Part shown: in pieces, positions 1 to 9,847 of the stretch | How the letters are laid out: each line of letters begins with the position of its first letter | How positions within the stretch are numbered: the stretch's first letter is position 1 | Assembly: GCA_937978655.1 (NCBI GenBank) | Contig: CALJUX010000012.1 | Coordinates: forward strand, 3,438 to 67,437 | Direction: 5' to 3' | Length of the DNA stretch: 64,000 nucleotides | Source: an uncultured Chromatiaceae bacterium | GTDB taxonomy: Bacteria > Pseudomonadota > Gammaproteobacteria > Enterobacterales > Alteromonadaceae | Notes under the pieces: generated by a model | Seen by the model: the letters and a program-made list of their open reading frames with translations, nothing else | Databases searched by the model: none | Told to the model about the DNA's origin: nothing | Made by a program: the position numbers and the translations under genes

Positions 1-437
1 ACCGCACCCGGCACGCTGATGGGTAACATGCCCAGTGGCGGAATGTCAGTGCGGCCGAGTTTTTTCACTTCTGCCTGCAGTTGCTCCAGCGTCAGCCCTT
101 TCGGTGAGCGGCCAGACGCGTTCAGGCCGTAGAGTTTTTTGTCTTTGGCTGACCAGACAATGGCGTATAAATCGCCGCCGATGCCACAGCCGGTCGGTTC
201 CATCAGGCCTAAAGCCGCATTGGCAGCAATAGCCGCATCAATCGCATTGCCGCCTTGTTTCATTACATCCAAAGCAATTTGCGTCGCCAGTGGCTGACTG
301 GTCGCTGCCATCGCCTGCGTGGCGATGACTTCTGAACGGCTGGCAAATTCCTGGCCAGTGACCCGGTCATAAGCCTGACTGGAGGCCGCCGGTAATAACA
401 GCAACGGGATCACCACAGATAAAGGGGTTAAACGCAT
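1..437 (-). CDS. ggt: gamma-glutamyltransferase, N-terminal part (gene continues beyond window start)
   Basis: Not in the supplied ORF track because it has no stop in the window. My minus-strand translation from the ATG at 437..435 reads MRLTPLSVVIPLLLLPAASSQAYDRVTGQEFASRSEVIATQAMAATSQPLATQIALDVMKQGGNAIDAAIAANAALGLMEPTGCGIGGDLYAIVW... This is a signal peptide followed by the conserved GGT N-terminal region. Confidence 0.8.
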   Translation of the reverse strand, partial: MRLTPLSVVIPLLLLPAASSQAYDRVTGQEFASRSEVIATQAMAATSQPLATQIALDVMKQGGNAIDAAIAANAALGLMEPTGCGIGGDLYAIVWSAKDKKLYGLNASGRSPKGLTLEQLQAEVKKLGRTDIPPLGMLPISVPGA

Positions 438-635
438 CGACGTGTACTCCGTGAGCAAGACTGACGTTAGTTTAGTGAATTCGAAATTACTGCGAAGCCG
501 GGGCTATTACCAGACCACCGCGACCAAAGCCCCGGCACCGGAGACAGGCCGCAGGGCAGCGCATTGGTCATTCCGTCAGCAACTGGCATTATGAAGTACA
601 ACATCTTTAGTCGTCGTCTGAAGGAATTGATTCTA

Positions 636-2342
636 ATGAAAAAGCTCTATCGCCCTGAGTTTCGTCTGGCGGCGCTGCCGCTGCTGCTGGCTGGCCTGAC
701 CGCCTGTCAGTCGACTGTGGCACCGCTCGACCCGCTGATTGGCGATACCGGCCAGCCGCTGTCTGCTGTGGCGCAGGCGGCCGATGTCAAAACTTATGAT
801 TTAACGCTGGAGATTGACCCGGCCAACCAGAGTATCAGCGGGGTAGGCCGTACCGGTTTTGTTTTGCTGGCGCCGAGCGCGCAAGTGGAGCTGAAGCTCG
901 ATAGTCGCTTCGCAATCGAAAAAATTGAAGTCGGTGGTAAAACCGCCACTTATCAGCGCAATGGCGGTGTGCTGCTGATCGACTTAGGCGGTCAGCAAGC
1001 GGCTGGCAGCGCGGTGGACGTGGCGGTGTTTTATGCCGGCAAGCCGCATGTGGCGAACAATGCGCCCTGGGCTGGCGGTACGGTCTGGGCGAAAACGCCG
1101 GATGGTAAACCCTGGATTGCCACCGCAGTACAAGGCGAGGGCTGTGATTTGTTCTGGCCCTGTAAAGACCATTTTGCTGATAAAGCCGATTCAATGCGCA
1201 TCCGGCTGACGGTGCCCAATGGCCTGTCGGCGGTCACCAACGGCGTATTGCAGCAAGTCACGCCGGTCGGCAAAGACAAACAGCAGTTTGACTGGTTATT
1301 GTCGGTGCCAGCCAGCGATTACAATATTGCGCTGAATATCGGCCCTTATCAGCGGATTCAGCACAGTTATACCAGCGTCAATGGCAGCAAAGTTCCGGTG
1401 GAGTTCTGGGCCTTGCCAGAAAATGCGCAGAAAGCTGAAGCTTTGTGGCAGCAGGATTTACTGCAGCAAGTGCAGTGGTATGAGCGCGTACTTGGCCCAT
1501 ATCCCTGGGGTGACCAGAAACTGGGTTTTGTCGAAACGCCGCACCTTGGCATGGAACACCAGACCGTCAATGCTTATGGCAAAGGTTATAAACGCGATGA
1601 CAACGGCTACGACTGGCTGGCACAGCATGAACTGGCGCATGAATGGTTTGGCAATTTAGTCACGCACAAAACACTGAACCACGCCTGGATCCACGAAGGT
1701 TTTGGCCTGTATATGCAGCCGGCTTATGCCAAAGATAAGCTCGGTATCGCCGCTTATCATTATCAGCTGTATAAATCTTATCTGGGGCTGGTCAACTGCA
1801 ACCCGGTGGTCCGTACCGGCAACGTGACTTCTGATGAAGCATTTAATTCAGATATTTACGGCAAAGGCGGCTGGACGTTGCACACGTTGCGTTATCTGGT
1901 TGGCGATGCGGTGTTCTGGCAGGCCACCCGCGAACTGCTGTACGGCAAGGCTGACACGGCAGCTATCCCGTATCCCATCACACCGAAATATCGCACCACC
2001 GAAGACTTTATTGCCATTGTAAACCGCTTAACCGGTAAAGATTATCAGTGGCTGTTTGATGTTTATCTGTATCAGGCGGCTTTGCCGGAACTGATTGACA
2101 GCACGGCGGGTAATGTCCGCACGCTGAGCTGGAAAGTACCGGCGAATAAGCCATTCCCGATGCCGGTGCCGGTGGTATTAAACGGTCAGCCGACCGTGCT
2201 GGATTTCAGCAAAGGTGCAGTGGTGCTCAAAGCATCTGATCAGCTGCAAATCGACCCGGAAATGCAAATCCTGCGGCAATTACCGTTGATTGGTTTGTGT
2301 GAAGAAAATCAGCTGAAAGTGAAAAACAAACGCAAGGATTAA
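636..2342 (+). CDS. M1-family zinc metallopeptidase, lipoprotein
   Basis: Contains HELAHEWFGN (HEXXH) with a downstream WIHEGFG glutamate and a GMEHQ exopeptidase-like motif. Start chosen at MKKLYRP (ATG 636) with AAGGAA 10 nt upstream. Lipobox LLLAGLTAC. Confidence 0.85.
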   Translation: MKKLYRPEFRLAALPLLLAGLTACQSTVAPLDPLIGDTGQPLSAVAQAADVKTYDLTLEIDPANQSISGVGRTGFVLLAPSAQVELKLDSRFAIEKIEVGGKTATYQRNGGVLLIDLGGQQAAGSAVDVAVFYAGKPHVANNAPWAGGTVWAKTPDGKPWIATAVQGEGCDLFWPCKDHFADKADSMRIRLTVPNGLSAVTNGVLQQVTPVGKDKQQFDWLLSVPASDYNIALNIGPYQRIQHSYTSVNGSKVPVEFWALPENAQKAEALWQQDLLQQVQWYERVLGPYPWGDQKLGFVETPHLGMEHQTVNAYGKGYKRDDNGYDWLAQHELAHEWFGNLVTHKTLNHAWIHEGFGLYMQPAYAKDKLGIAAYHYQLYKSYLGLVNCNPVVRTGNVTSDEAFNSDIYGKGGWTLHTLRYLVGDAVFWQATRELLYGKADTAAIPYPITPKYRTTEDFIAIVNRLTGKDYQWLFDVYLYQAALPELIDSTAGNVRTLSWKVPANKPFPMPVPVVLNGQPTVLDFSKGAVVLKASDQLQIDPEMQILRQLPLIGLCEENQLKVKNKRKD

Positions 2343-2378
2343 AGCGCAAACCCGCAGGCCGGTGGGGTGACCCGCCGG

Positions 2379-3617
2379 CTACTGGGTCAGGATGATTAAC
2401 ACCCCACTCCAGTCCAGGCCGTAACTGGCGCCTTGCAGTGGGGCTATTTCCACACCAGTGTAAATGGCCAGAAATGGGATGCCGGCCGCGATACACAGAT
2501 CCCGCACAATCTCGGCTTCTTCGCCTTCGCTGCCACTGATCGCTGACATCCGTCCACCACAATCAAAATACAACGCCAGCCGGCCGCGCTGTCCGGCGCT
2601 GGCGATCTCTGCCAGCAGACGTTCGGTATTGTCGCGGGCTGATTGCAGCATCAGGGCCGGATCACGGCGCATCAGCATGACCTGCTGGCCTTTGGTTAAA
2701 TCGGCTTCAAACAACATCACGCCGTTATCGTCGGGCAATAAACCGGTCATCAGCCGGGTGACCAGTTGTTGTTCACCGGGATTGGCGTCGAGCGGACGTG
2801 CCAGCGCCAGGCGTGTCACCGGCAGCGGCGCGCCACTGGTTTTGTGTTGTAAATGCCGCCATTGCCGATCGCCGGTCAGCCGGTCCAGCAAAGGTACTAT
2901 CGGTTGCTGATCTAATTGATACAGATAAGGCCCAAACACATCGCTGACGGTGAAATGATGGTCCGACAGCGGCACACAGCCATGCATGATGCAGCTGACC
3001 AGCTGAAATTGTCCGGCCAGCTGCAGTGCGCTGGCGCTGTGGCGGCTGACACCGTCACCGCAAAATTGCCAGGTTAAACCGAATTGACTGTCGGCCAGCA
3101 AGCCCGCGCCAAACAGTGGTAAATGCTTTAAACGCGGGTGGTGGGTGCCGGCGATGATCGGGCCTGCCGGAATTAATACCGGCGGTTGTTGTGCAGTGGC
3201 GGCGAAACGGATTGAATCAAAAAACAGCAATAAACAGCGGCTGTCCGCCAGGCTGGGCAGTTGCCCGGCTAACACCTCGCCGGACAGATGTGGATCACGA
3301 TAAATATCCTGGCTGGTCGCCAGTTGCCATTCCCAATCGTCACCGGCCATCAACACCACGGCGGCGCAGGCGCCCTGCGTCACACATTGAGTTGCCCAAC
3401 ATAATCCCATCGCGGAGCCGCCGACCACGGGGACCCAGTCGCCCAGTAATTGGCGGATGCCGGCATAAAAACCATGCGCATCGACTTCGCCGCTGCAAAA
3501 CGCCAGCGCGAGCCTTGGGGTGAGGTGAGGGGGAAGGTCTTTTAATGCTGCGCTGACGGCCTGAACGCCGGCCTGAAACGCCTGTTCAGCGGTACTGCTT
3601 CCTATTGCAACCTGCAT
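2379..3617 (-). CDS. FIST N/C-domain sensory protein
   Basis: About 410 aa with FIST-like layout (N-terminal ...LALAFCSGEVD...GGSAMG..., C-terminal ...LALYFDCGGR...). Start moved to ATG 3617 (MQVAIGSS) because AGGGA lies 5 nt upstream. The family call is from memory of the domain pattern only. Confidence 0.5.
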   Translation of the reverse strand: MQVAIGSSTAEQAFQAGVQAVSAALKDLPPHLTPRLALAFCSGEVDAHGFYAGIRQLLGDWVPVVGGSAMGLCWATQCVTQGACAAVVLMAGDDWEWQLATSQDIYRDPHLSGEVLAGQLPSLADSRCLLLFFDSIRFAATAQQPPVLIPAGPIIAGTHHPRLKHLPLFGAGLLADSQFGLTWQFCGDGVSRHSASALQLAGQFQLVSCIMHGCVPLSDHHFTVSDVFGPYLYQLDQQPIVPLLDRLTGDRQWRHLQHKTSGAPLPVTRLALARPLDANPGEQQLVTRLMTGLLPDDNGVMLFEADLTKGQQVMLMRRDPALMLQSARDNTERLLAEIASAGQRGRLALYFDCGGRMSAISGSEGEEAEIVRDLCIAAGIPFLAIYTGVEIAPLQGASYGLDWSGVLIILTQ

Positions 3618-3814
3618 CTGATCCCTGATGATTGGCAAATTAGTCTTTGATTGTACCGGGTTTTGCTTAGAAATCAGCCTGATTTTTCAGATTTAATCGT
3701 TGAATAGCAGCTGTTTGCGCTGAAAAGCGGGATTGTGGATCTCTGAGCTGTTGCCGGGGCAAGCCTTACCCCAGCGCACCGGCAAAGGCCTGCAACTGCC
3801 CCAGGCCTGGGTAT

Positions 3815-4171
3815 TCAGAGCACGCCGGCGCTGCGGTGGTTGTAGATGCGGATAGTCATCACAATCAGAACAGTGGCGATCAGGGCCGACACGGCGTGGT
3901 GCATCACCAGATGACCGAGCACGAAAGCCGGCACATCCTGCCAGCCGTCAATTAACCACATTTTGCTGAGCAGCAGCAGATAAGTCGCCAGATGCAGATA
4001 AATACCGGTGCGGAAAATTTGGCGAAAGCGCTGTTGCAGTGGCTGGCTTAAGCCGGCGCCAAACCAGCGCAGTGCCATTAACGCCGCAATACAACAAGCT
4101 AAAGTGATTAAGCCTAAACCCAATAACGAGGTTTTGGCGACCACAGCACTGGCCAGATACCAAGGTAACAT
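3815..4171 (-). CDS. small integral membrane protein, unknown function (last gene of heptose operon)
   Basis: 118 aa with about 4 hydrophobic helices. ATG 4171 has GAGGG upstream. It lies 19 nt downstream of the gmhB stop on the same strand. Confidence 0.4.
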   Translation of the reverse strand: MLPWYLASAVVAKTSLLGLGLITLACCIAALMALRWFGAGLSQPLQQRFRQIFRTGIYLHLATYLLLLSKMWLIDGWQDVPAFVLGHLVMHHAVSALIATVLIVMTIRIYNHRSAGVL

Positions 4172-4189
4172 CTTCAACAAACCCTCATG

Positions 4190-4759
4190 TTATGCTGTGA
4201 TTTGGTTTACGTCGGCCAGCGACGCCCAGACCAAATCCGCGCTTTGTAAATCATCGCCCGACAATTCCTGGCCACTTTGCACCAGAATTTTCCGGCCTAT
4301 ACCGGCGGCGGCGGCGGCCTGCATATCGGCGGCTTTGTCGCCAACCATCAGGCTTAACGCCGGGTCGATGCCATATTCGCGCATTGCCTGCAGCAGCATG
4401 CCCGGATTGGGTTTGCGACAGTCGCAGTCGATGTTGTATGGCACCTGGCCTTTTTCCAGATGGTGCGGGCAATAATAGACGCCGTCGATTTTGACGCCGT
4501 GCGCGGCAAATTGCTGTTTCATCCAGCTGGTCAGCACGGCGAAATCCTGCTCGTTGTAATAGCCGCGGGCAATGCCGGACTGGTTAGTCACGACAATCAG
4601 CAAATAACCGAGGTTTTGCAGATGGCGGCAAGCGTCAAACACACCGTCAATGAAATCAAAATGTTCGGGCTTAAAGGTGTAGCCGTGATCGATATTAATC
4701 ACGCCGTCGCGGTCGAGAAATGCGGCTTTGCGTAATGGCGTCAAAGTGCTTGCGTTCAT
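4190..4759 (-). CDS. gmhB: D-glycero-beta-D-manno-heptose-1,7-bisphosphate 7-phosphatase
   Basis: HAD motif FLDRDGVIN, a zinc-loop CPHH...CDCRKPNPGM, and GDKAADMQAA. Its start overlaps the upstream gene stop (ATGA). Confidence 0.9.
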   Translation of the reverse strand: MNASTLTPLRKAAFLDRDGVINIDHGYTFKPEHFDFIDGVFDACRHLQNLGYLLIVVTNQSGIARGYYNEQDFAVLTSWMKQQFAAHGVKIDGVYYCPHHLEKGQVPYNIDCDCRKPNPGMLLQAMREYGIDPALSLMVGDKAADMQAAAAAGIGRKILVQSGQELSGDDLQSADLVWASLADVNQITA

Positions 4760-5838
4760 CAGAGTCCTTCATGGCGGATCACGGTGTCCAGCATCTGCCG
4801 CACCGCTTCCACAGTAATGTTTTCCATAATATGGCTACCTTTGACCCGGGTGCCCCAAGGCAATTGCGCGGCGGTTTTGCCAGTTTGCGCTTTCAGTTCG
4901 GCGTGATAAGCATCCACCACATACTGGCGATACAAATAAGGCCCGGTGCGGCCCGGATTGCTGTGGCCATACAAACCAATCACCGGCGTGCCGACAGTGA
5001 CCGCCATATGCGCCGGGCCGGTATCTGGTGCCAGCACTATGGATGCCTGCTCCAGCAGTGCCAGCAGTTGTTTCAGGCTGGTTTTGCCGACCAAATCGAT
5101 GAGGTCGCTTTGCGCCTGCGCTTTGATGTCGCTGGCTAATTGCTGTTCCATCGGCGTGGGCCCGCCACAGAGATACACACTGAACCCCTGCGTCGCGGCA
5201 TAATCGGCAATGGCGGCATAACGCACCGGCAACCAGTTGCGTTCGGCTTTGGAAGCGGCCGGGCAAATCACCAGATGGCGCGAGGTGGCCGGATTCAGCT
5301 GCGCTTTGGCCCAGTCTCGGTGTTCATCGGTAATAGGCATCTGCCACTGCGGTTTATCCTGCGGGTTTTGTAAAAACGGCACGCCGAGGTGGCGGGCAAA
5401 ACCGGCAAAACCATCCAGCACATGCGGCTGTTGCTGCGGCGCAATGCGTTCACGCATAAAGAGTGCATGCAGTTCTTTGGCACGCGACCAGTCAAAACCG
5501 ATTTTGCGTCGCGCCGGAATAAACAGCGACGCGACATTGGCGCGCAGGGCGACCTGCATATGCAACAGCACGTCAAACTGCTGGCCTTTGAGCTTGCGGC
5601 TTAAATCGCTGTATGCGCCAAGGCCGAGCTTTTTATCAAACACAATCAGCTCAACGCCCGGCAGGTCTTTCAGCAGCATCGCTTCAACTTTACCGATGAT
5701 CCAGCTGATTTTCGCTTGCGGATAATAACGCTGAATCGCCTGCACTGCGGCGACGGCATGGCAGACATCGCCGATGGCCGACAACCGCAGAATACAAATG
5801 GAGTTCAGCGTGGCTGGCGCCATATTTTGCCCGGACAT
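4759..5838 (-). CDS. GT9-family LPS heptosyltransferase
   Basis: N-terminal ICILRLSAIGDVCHAVAAVQAIQ (GT9 signature) and C-terminal DTGPAHMAVTVGTPVIGLYG. It sits between hldE and gmhB. Confidence 0.8.
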   Translation of the reverse strand: MSGQNMAPATLNSICILRLSAIGDVCHAVAAVQAIQRYYPQAKISWIIGKVEAMLLKDLPGVELIVFDKKLGLGAYSDLSRKLKGQQFDVLLHMQVALRANVASLFIPARRKIGFDWSRAKELHALFMRERIAPQQQPHVLDGFAGFARHLGVPFLQNPQDKPQWQMPITDEHRDWAKAQLNPATSRHLVICPAASKAERNWLPVRYAAIADYAATQGFSVYLCGGPTPMEQQLASDIKAQAQSDLIDLVGKTSLKQLLALLEQASIVLAPDTGPAHMAVTVGTPVIGLYGHSNPGRTGPYLYRQYVVDAYHAELKAQTGKTAAQLPWGTRVKGSHIMENITVEAVRQMLDTVIRHEGL

Positions 5839-5844
5839 CAGCGC

Positions 5845-7290
5845 TTACCCTTTGATTTTTTTGATAATAGCGCTGGTTGAACAGCCGTCGACAAACTGCA
5901 GCACTTTGACTTCACCGCCGCCGGCCAGCACTTCACGGGCGCCGACGATAGTGTCGATGGTGTAATCGCCACCTTTGACCAGCACATCGGGTTTTACTTT
6001 TAAAATCAGCTGCAGCGGCGTGTCCTGCTCGCTTGGGTCGTCGCCAAACGGCAGCACCCAATCGACCGAGGCTAAACTTGCCAGCACTGTAGCGCGCTCA
6101 TCCAGCGGATTCACCGGCCGGCTTTCACCTTTGAGGCGTTTAATCGACGCGTCTGAATTTAGCCCCACCACTAAGCGGTCGCCCTGCGCTTTGGCCTGTG
6201 CCAGATAACGCACATGGCCGGCATGCAGGATGTCAAAACAGCCGTTGGTGAAGACGATGCGTTCGCCATTTTGTTTGGCAAATTCAATATGTTGTAGCGC
6301 TTTATCAAAAGGCGTCAGATAGACATCGCCTTGCGAGAACAAATGCGAATTCAGTTTCGCTGCCAGCTCCTGTGGCGACACCGTCGCAGCGCCTAACTTC
6401 GCTACGACCAGGCCTGCTGCCAGATTGGCCATCTCCACCGCCTGCGGTAACGCCATACCAGCGCCTAACATGACGGCCAGCGTGGCAATTACAGTGTCAC
6501 CGGCGCCGGTGACGTCACTGACTTCCAGCACTTGCGCCGGGAAATGGTGCGTGTCACTTGCGGTAATGAGCGTCATGCCCTGTTCAGAGCGCGTCAGCAG
6601 CATGGCCGCGATACCACAACGTTCCAGCATGGCACGGGCTGAGCTGAACATCGCTGCTTCTGAGCTGGTATCACCACCGGCTAAACGGAATTCAGACAGA
6701 TTCGGCGTGATGATATCGGCGCCGCGATAGACGTCTAAATCGGCTTGTTTTGGGTCGACCAGCACATATTTACCAGCGGCTTTGGCACTGGCAATAATAC
6801 GGCCGACCGCAGCCAGGGAGCCTTTGGCATAATCTGACACCAGCACATAATCATAATCCGGCAAAAGGGCCGTGACCTGATCAGCCAGCGCTTCGGCCTG
6901 ATTACGGCTGAAGTTTTGTTCGATATCGAGCCGCACCACTTGTTGATGGCGCGAAATCACCCGCATTTTGGCAATCGTCGGATGTTCATCCTGTGCCAGT
7001 AATTCCGAGCGGATGCCGTCTGCGGCCAGGATTTGTTTCAGGCTGTCGCCGTTGTCGTCGCGGCCAATCAAGCCAAGTAAACCAACATGGGCATCGAGGT
7101 GCGCGATGTTGCGCGCCACGTTGGCAGCGCCACCGGCTTTGTCTTCAATTTTGCTGACGCGAACCACAGGCACTGGCGCTTCCGGCGAAATGCGTTGCGT
7201 GTCGCCCTGGTAATAACGGTCCAGCATCACGTCACCAACGACCAGAATACGCGCGGCTGACAAGTTGTTTAAACGGCTGATATCAATCAT
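5845..7290 (-). CDS. hldE: bifunctional D-beta-D-heptose-7-phosphate kinase / D-beta-D-heptose-1-phosphate adenylyltransferase
   Basis: Ribokinase-like N-domain ([22 protein letters not shown]) and cytidylyltransferase C-domain ([17 protein letters not shown]). Start set at MIDISRL (7290), giving 481 aa. The longer track ORF would overlap gmhA. Confidence 0.92.
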   Translation of the reverse strand: MIDISRLNNLSAARILVVGDVMLDRYYQGDTQRISPEAPVPVVRVSKIEDKAGGAANVARNIAHLDAHVGLLGLIGRDDNGDSLKQILAADGIRSELLAQDEHPTIAKMRVISRHQQVVRLDIEQNFSRNQAEALADQVTALLPDYDYVLVSDYAKGSLAAVGRIIASAKAAGKYVLVDPKQADLDVYRGADIITPNLSEFRLAGGDTSSEAAMFSSARAMLERCGIAAMLLTRSEQGMTLITASDTHHFPAQVLEVSDVTGAGDTVIATLAVMLGAGMALPQAVEMANLAAGLVVAKLGAATVSPQELAAKLNSHLFSQGDVYLTPFDKALQHIEFAKQNGERIVFTNGCFDILHAGHVRYLAQAKAQGDRLVVGLNSDASIKRLKGESRPVNPLDERATVLASLASVDWVLPFGDDPSEQDTPLQLILKVKPDVLVKGGDYTIDTIVGAREVLAGGGEVKVLQFVDGCSTSAIIKKIKG

Positions 7291-7300
7291 CTTTTGCTTC

Positions 7301-7873
7301 TCAGTTCGCCAGCACCAGGTCCAGTGCTTCACAGAGCCAGTGACCGATAAACATATGCATTTCCTGAATGCGCGCGGTTTCGTCGTAGTTGACGATGATC
7401 GGTAAGCGCGCGATGTCTTTGACTTTACCGCCATCGCGGCCGGTCAGCGCGACAGTAAAGGCGCCCAGTTCATTGGCCGCGGCCAGCGCCAGATTGATAT
7501 TCGGGCTTTTGCCCGATGTAGTCAGGCCAATCACCACGTCGCCGGCGCGGACCAGGCCACGGACCTGACGTTCAAACACTGTGTCAAAGTGATAGTCGTT
7601 GGCGTGCGCAGTCAGAATTGACGTATCTGTGGTTAATGCAATCGACGCCAGCGGGCCACGTTCGGCTTTGTAGCGCACCATAAATTCCGCCGCCAGATGC
7701 TGGCTGTCGGCCGCGCTGCCGCCATTGCCCATCCACACCACTTTGCCACCGGCCTGCAGGCAGGCGACTACAGCGTCCAGCAGTTGCTGGCTCTGCTCAG
7801 CATATTGTTCGGCCACGGCAAACACTTCGCGGTGACGGGCGAGGGCGGCGAGAAAACTGGAAGTCTGATTCAT
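7301..7873 (-). CDS. gmhA: D-sedoheptulose-7-phosphate isomerase (SIS domain)
   Basis: [25 protein letters not shown]; 190 aa. Its start overlaps the stop of the upstream glycosyltransferase gene. Confidence 0.9.
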   Translation of the reverse strand: MNQTSSFLAALARHREVFAVAEQYAEQSQQLLDAVVACLQAGGKVVWMGNGGSAADSQHLAAEFMVRYKAERGPLASIALTTDTSILTAHANDYHFDTVFERQVRGLVRAGDVVIGLTTSGKSPNINLALAAANELGAFTVALTGRDGGKVKDIARLPIIVNYDETARIQEMHMFIGHWLCEALDLVLAN

Positions 7874-8934
7874 GCGGTTTGTCCTTCAGAAAATGCTGCA
7901 GAGCGGCCTAACAGGCGGAAAATGTCTTTGAGTACCAGTTGCAGGCCAGGTTCGAACTGAAGTTCCGGCTGCAGTGGTGTTTTTAACGCTTTGTGGCATT
8001 GTGCCACGATGTCGGCTTTGGCTAAAGTCGCCGGGTAAATCAAACCGGCCGCGGCGCAGGCCAGCACGCGGTCCGGCTGGTCGCCGGCGACCGGCACTGC
8101 GACGATGTTTTTGCCAAGCACTATGGCCTGACCCATCATATCGCCACCGCCGCTGACAATCAGCGCCGCCTGATTTAACAAGGTCATCAGCTGCTGGTTC
8201 GGCAGCGATTTAACCACGCTGACGCTGTCGGTAGAAGGTAATTCACCGGTGAAGTTGCCGCCGGCCACCAGCAGCGCCGGTTGTTCCGGGGTCGCGACAG
8301 CCAGCGCCGCCTGATAAAACTCTTCAGTGGCGCTTCTGCCTTGCACCTGATGGCCACCGCCGCCGGCGGCCCAGACGCTGTAATTTTTGCCGGCAAACTG
8401 GCTGAATTCGTTTGGTAACTCGGCTTGTGGCGCGCTGAACACCGGGCCGGTGAAAATTGGTTCATCTTTGCCGAGCAGACGTAATTTAAAGCGCTCCAGC
8501 GAGGTTAAATCACCGTCGACAAATTTAAACTGCACAATCCAGTGCGCATCCAACGCGCTTAAGCGGCGCAGGGCAAAACCTTTGGCGCGCTTTTTCTTAT
8601 GCTGTGAGACAAACACCACTTTGGCACCGGCTTTTTTCGCCGCGCGCGCCTGCGACGCCCGGCCTGAGCAATCGAAAATCACCAAATCCGGTTTCAGTTC
8701 GGCCAGCAGCTGGTTGACGGCGGCTTTTTCTTTGGTGGCAGAGTTATTCAGCAGATGGGTTTTAAACGGGCAGCTGGCTGCCGCCGGGGCATGCCGGTTC
8801 AGCACAAACTGGATATCCAGCGTCGGGTCCTGTTGTGCTAAGGCTTCGGCAATGATCAGCGCACGCATATATTCGCCGATGCCTTTGGGGCTGGACACTG
8901 GCAGAAACAGAATTCGGGGAGCGGCAGTTGTCAT
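7870..8934 (-). CDS. GT-B fold glycosyltransferase (MurG/GT28-like C-terminus), putative LPS core enzyme
   Basis: Start set at MTTAAPRILFLP (ATG 8934). The C-terminal GGGDMMGQAIVLGKNIVAVPVAGDQPDR resembles the nucleotide-sugar binding half of GT-B enzymes. It is the first gene of the heptose operon. Confidence 0.55.
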   Translation of the reverse strand: MTTAAPRILFLPVSSPKGIGEYMRALIIAEALAQQDPTLDIQFVLNRHAPAAASCPFKTHLLNNSATKEKAAVNQLLAELKPDLVIFDCSGRASQARAAKKAGAKVVFVSQHKKKRAKGFALRRLSALDAHWIVQFKFVDGDLTSLERFKLRLLGKDEPIFTGPVFSAPQAELPNEFSQFAGKNYSVWAAGGGGHQVQGRSATEEFYQAALAVATPEQPALLVAGGNFTGELPSTDSVSVVKSLPNQQLMTLLNQAALIVSGGGDMMGQAIVLGKNIVAVPVAGDQPDRVLACAAAGLIYPATLAKADIVAQCHKALKTPLQPELQFEPGLQLVLKDIFRLLGRSAAFSEGQTA

Positions 8935-8986
8935 ACTTGTCTGACCTTTGGCAAAATTGCCGCCAGTATAACGGAAAGCCCCTGCA

Positions 8987-9781
8987 TCAAAACAGCAGTA
9001 AATGGCCGTCGCGTTGCACTGTGATTTGCAGTTCCTGTTGAATACGTTGTTGCCATTGCACCGCAATCAGTTCTAATTCGCCATTTTGCTGTAACGCTGC
9101 GGCGGCCTGCCGCCAGCGCTGGACCAGTGCCGGGTTGGCTTGTGCCGGCATGATCAGGTAAACATCACTGCTGCGCAGGGTCAGTGCCAGTTTCGGCGCT
9201 GCGGACTTCACCAGATTTTGCCGGATCTGATAAGCCAGTTCGAGACTGTCGCCGGCAATGGCATCGACGCGGCCACTTTGCAGCATTTGCAGATTTTGCT
9301 GATGACTATTGACCGCGACCAGATTTGTCAGCCCCTGCTGTATCAGGTATTGCTCACGCACGTCGCCACGCACCACACCAATAGCGTTGAGTTTGCGTAA
9401 ATCGGTCAGGCTGCGCAGCAGCAGCCGGCTTTTGGCCGGCAGATAAATCTGCCAGCGCTTGCGCAGCACCGGCAAGACCCAGTGAAACTGTGTTTCGCGT
9501 TCTGCTGTGCGGGAAAAACTGAACAGCAAGGTATTGTGCTGTTGTTGGGCGGTCAGCATGGCGCGACCTTCCGGCATCAGTTCAATCGGGCTGTCGTCCT
9601 GCAGCTGGCGTTGTAAGGCTTTGACCAGATCCACGACAAAACCGTCCAGCTGGCCGTCGGCCAGCGGAAAACTGGCCGGCGGTTCCTCGACGGTAATAAT
9701 ACGCCAGGGCGCATCGACGCACCTGCCGGACAGGGATGTCAGCAACAGCACCAGTGATAACCAACGACCAAACAGTTGCAC
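8987..9781 (-). CDS. periplasmic solute-binding protein, family-3 (amino-acid ABC/PBPb-like), orphan
   Basis: Signal peptide, then ITVEEPPASFPLADGQLDGFVVDLVKAL..., typical of SBP_bac_3. No permease or ATPase gene is adjacent. Confidence 0.6.
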   Translation of the reverse strand: MQLFGRWLSLVLLLTSLSGRCVDAPWRIITVEEPPASFPLADGQLDGFVVDLVKALQRQLQDDSPIELMPEGRAMLTAQQQHNTLLFSFSRTAERETQFHWVLPVLRKRWQIYLPAKSRLLLRSLTDLRKLNAIGVVRGDVREQYLIQQGLTNLVAVNSHQQNLQMLQSGRVDAIAGDSLELAYQIRQNLVKSAAPKLALTLRSSDVYLIMPAQANPALVQRWRQAAAALQQNGELELIAVQWQQRIQQELQITVQRDGHLLLF

Positions 9782-9847
9782 TGTGAATTCCGTTCACTTT
9801 TTGGATACTTATGGCCAGTCTAGCTGTTGCGCCCGAGCCTGGCAAAA

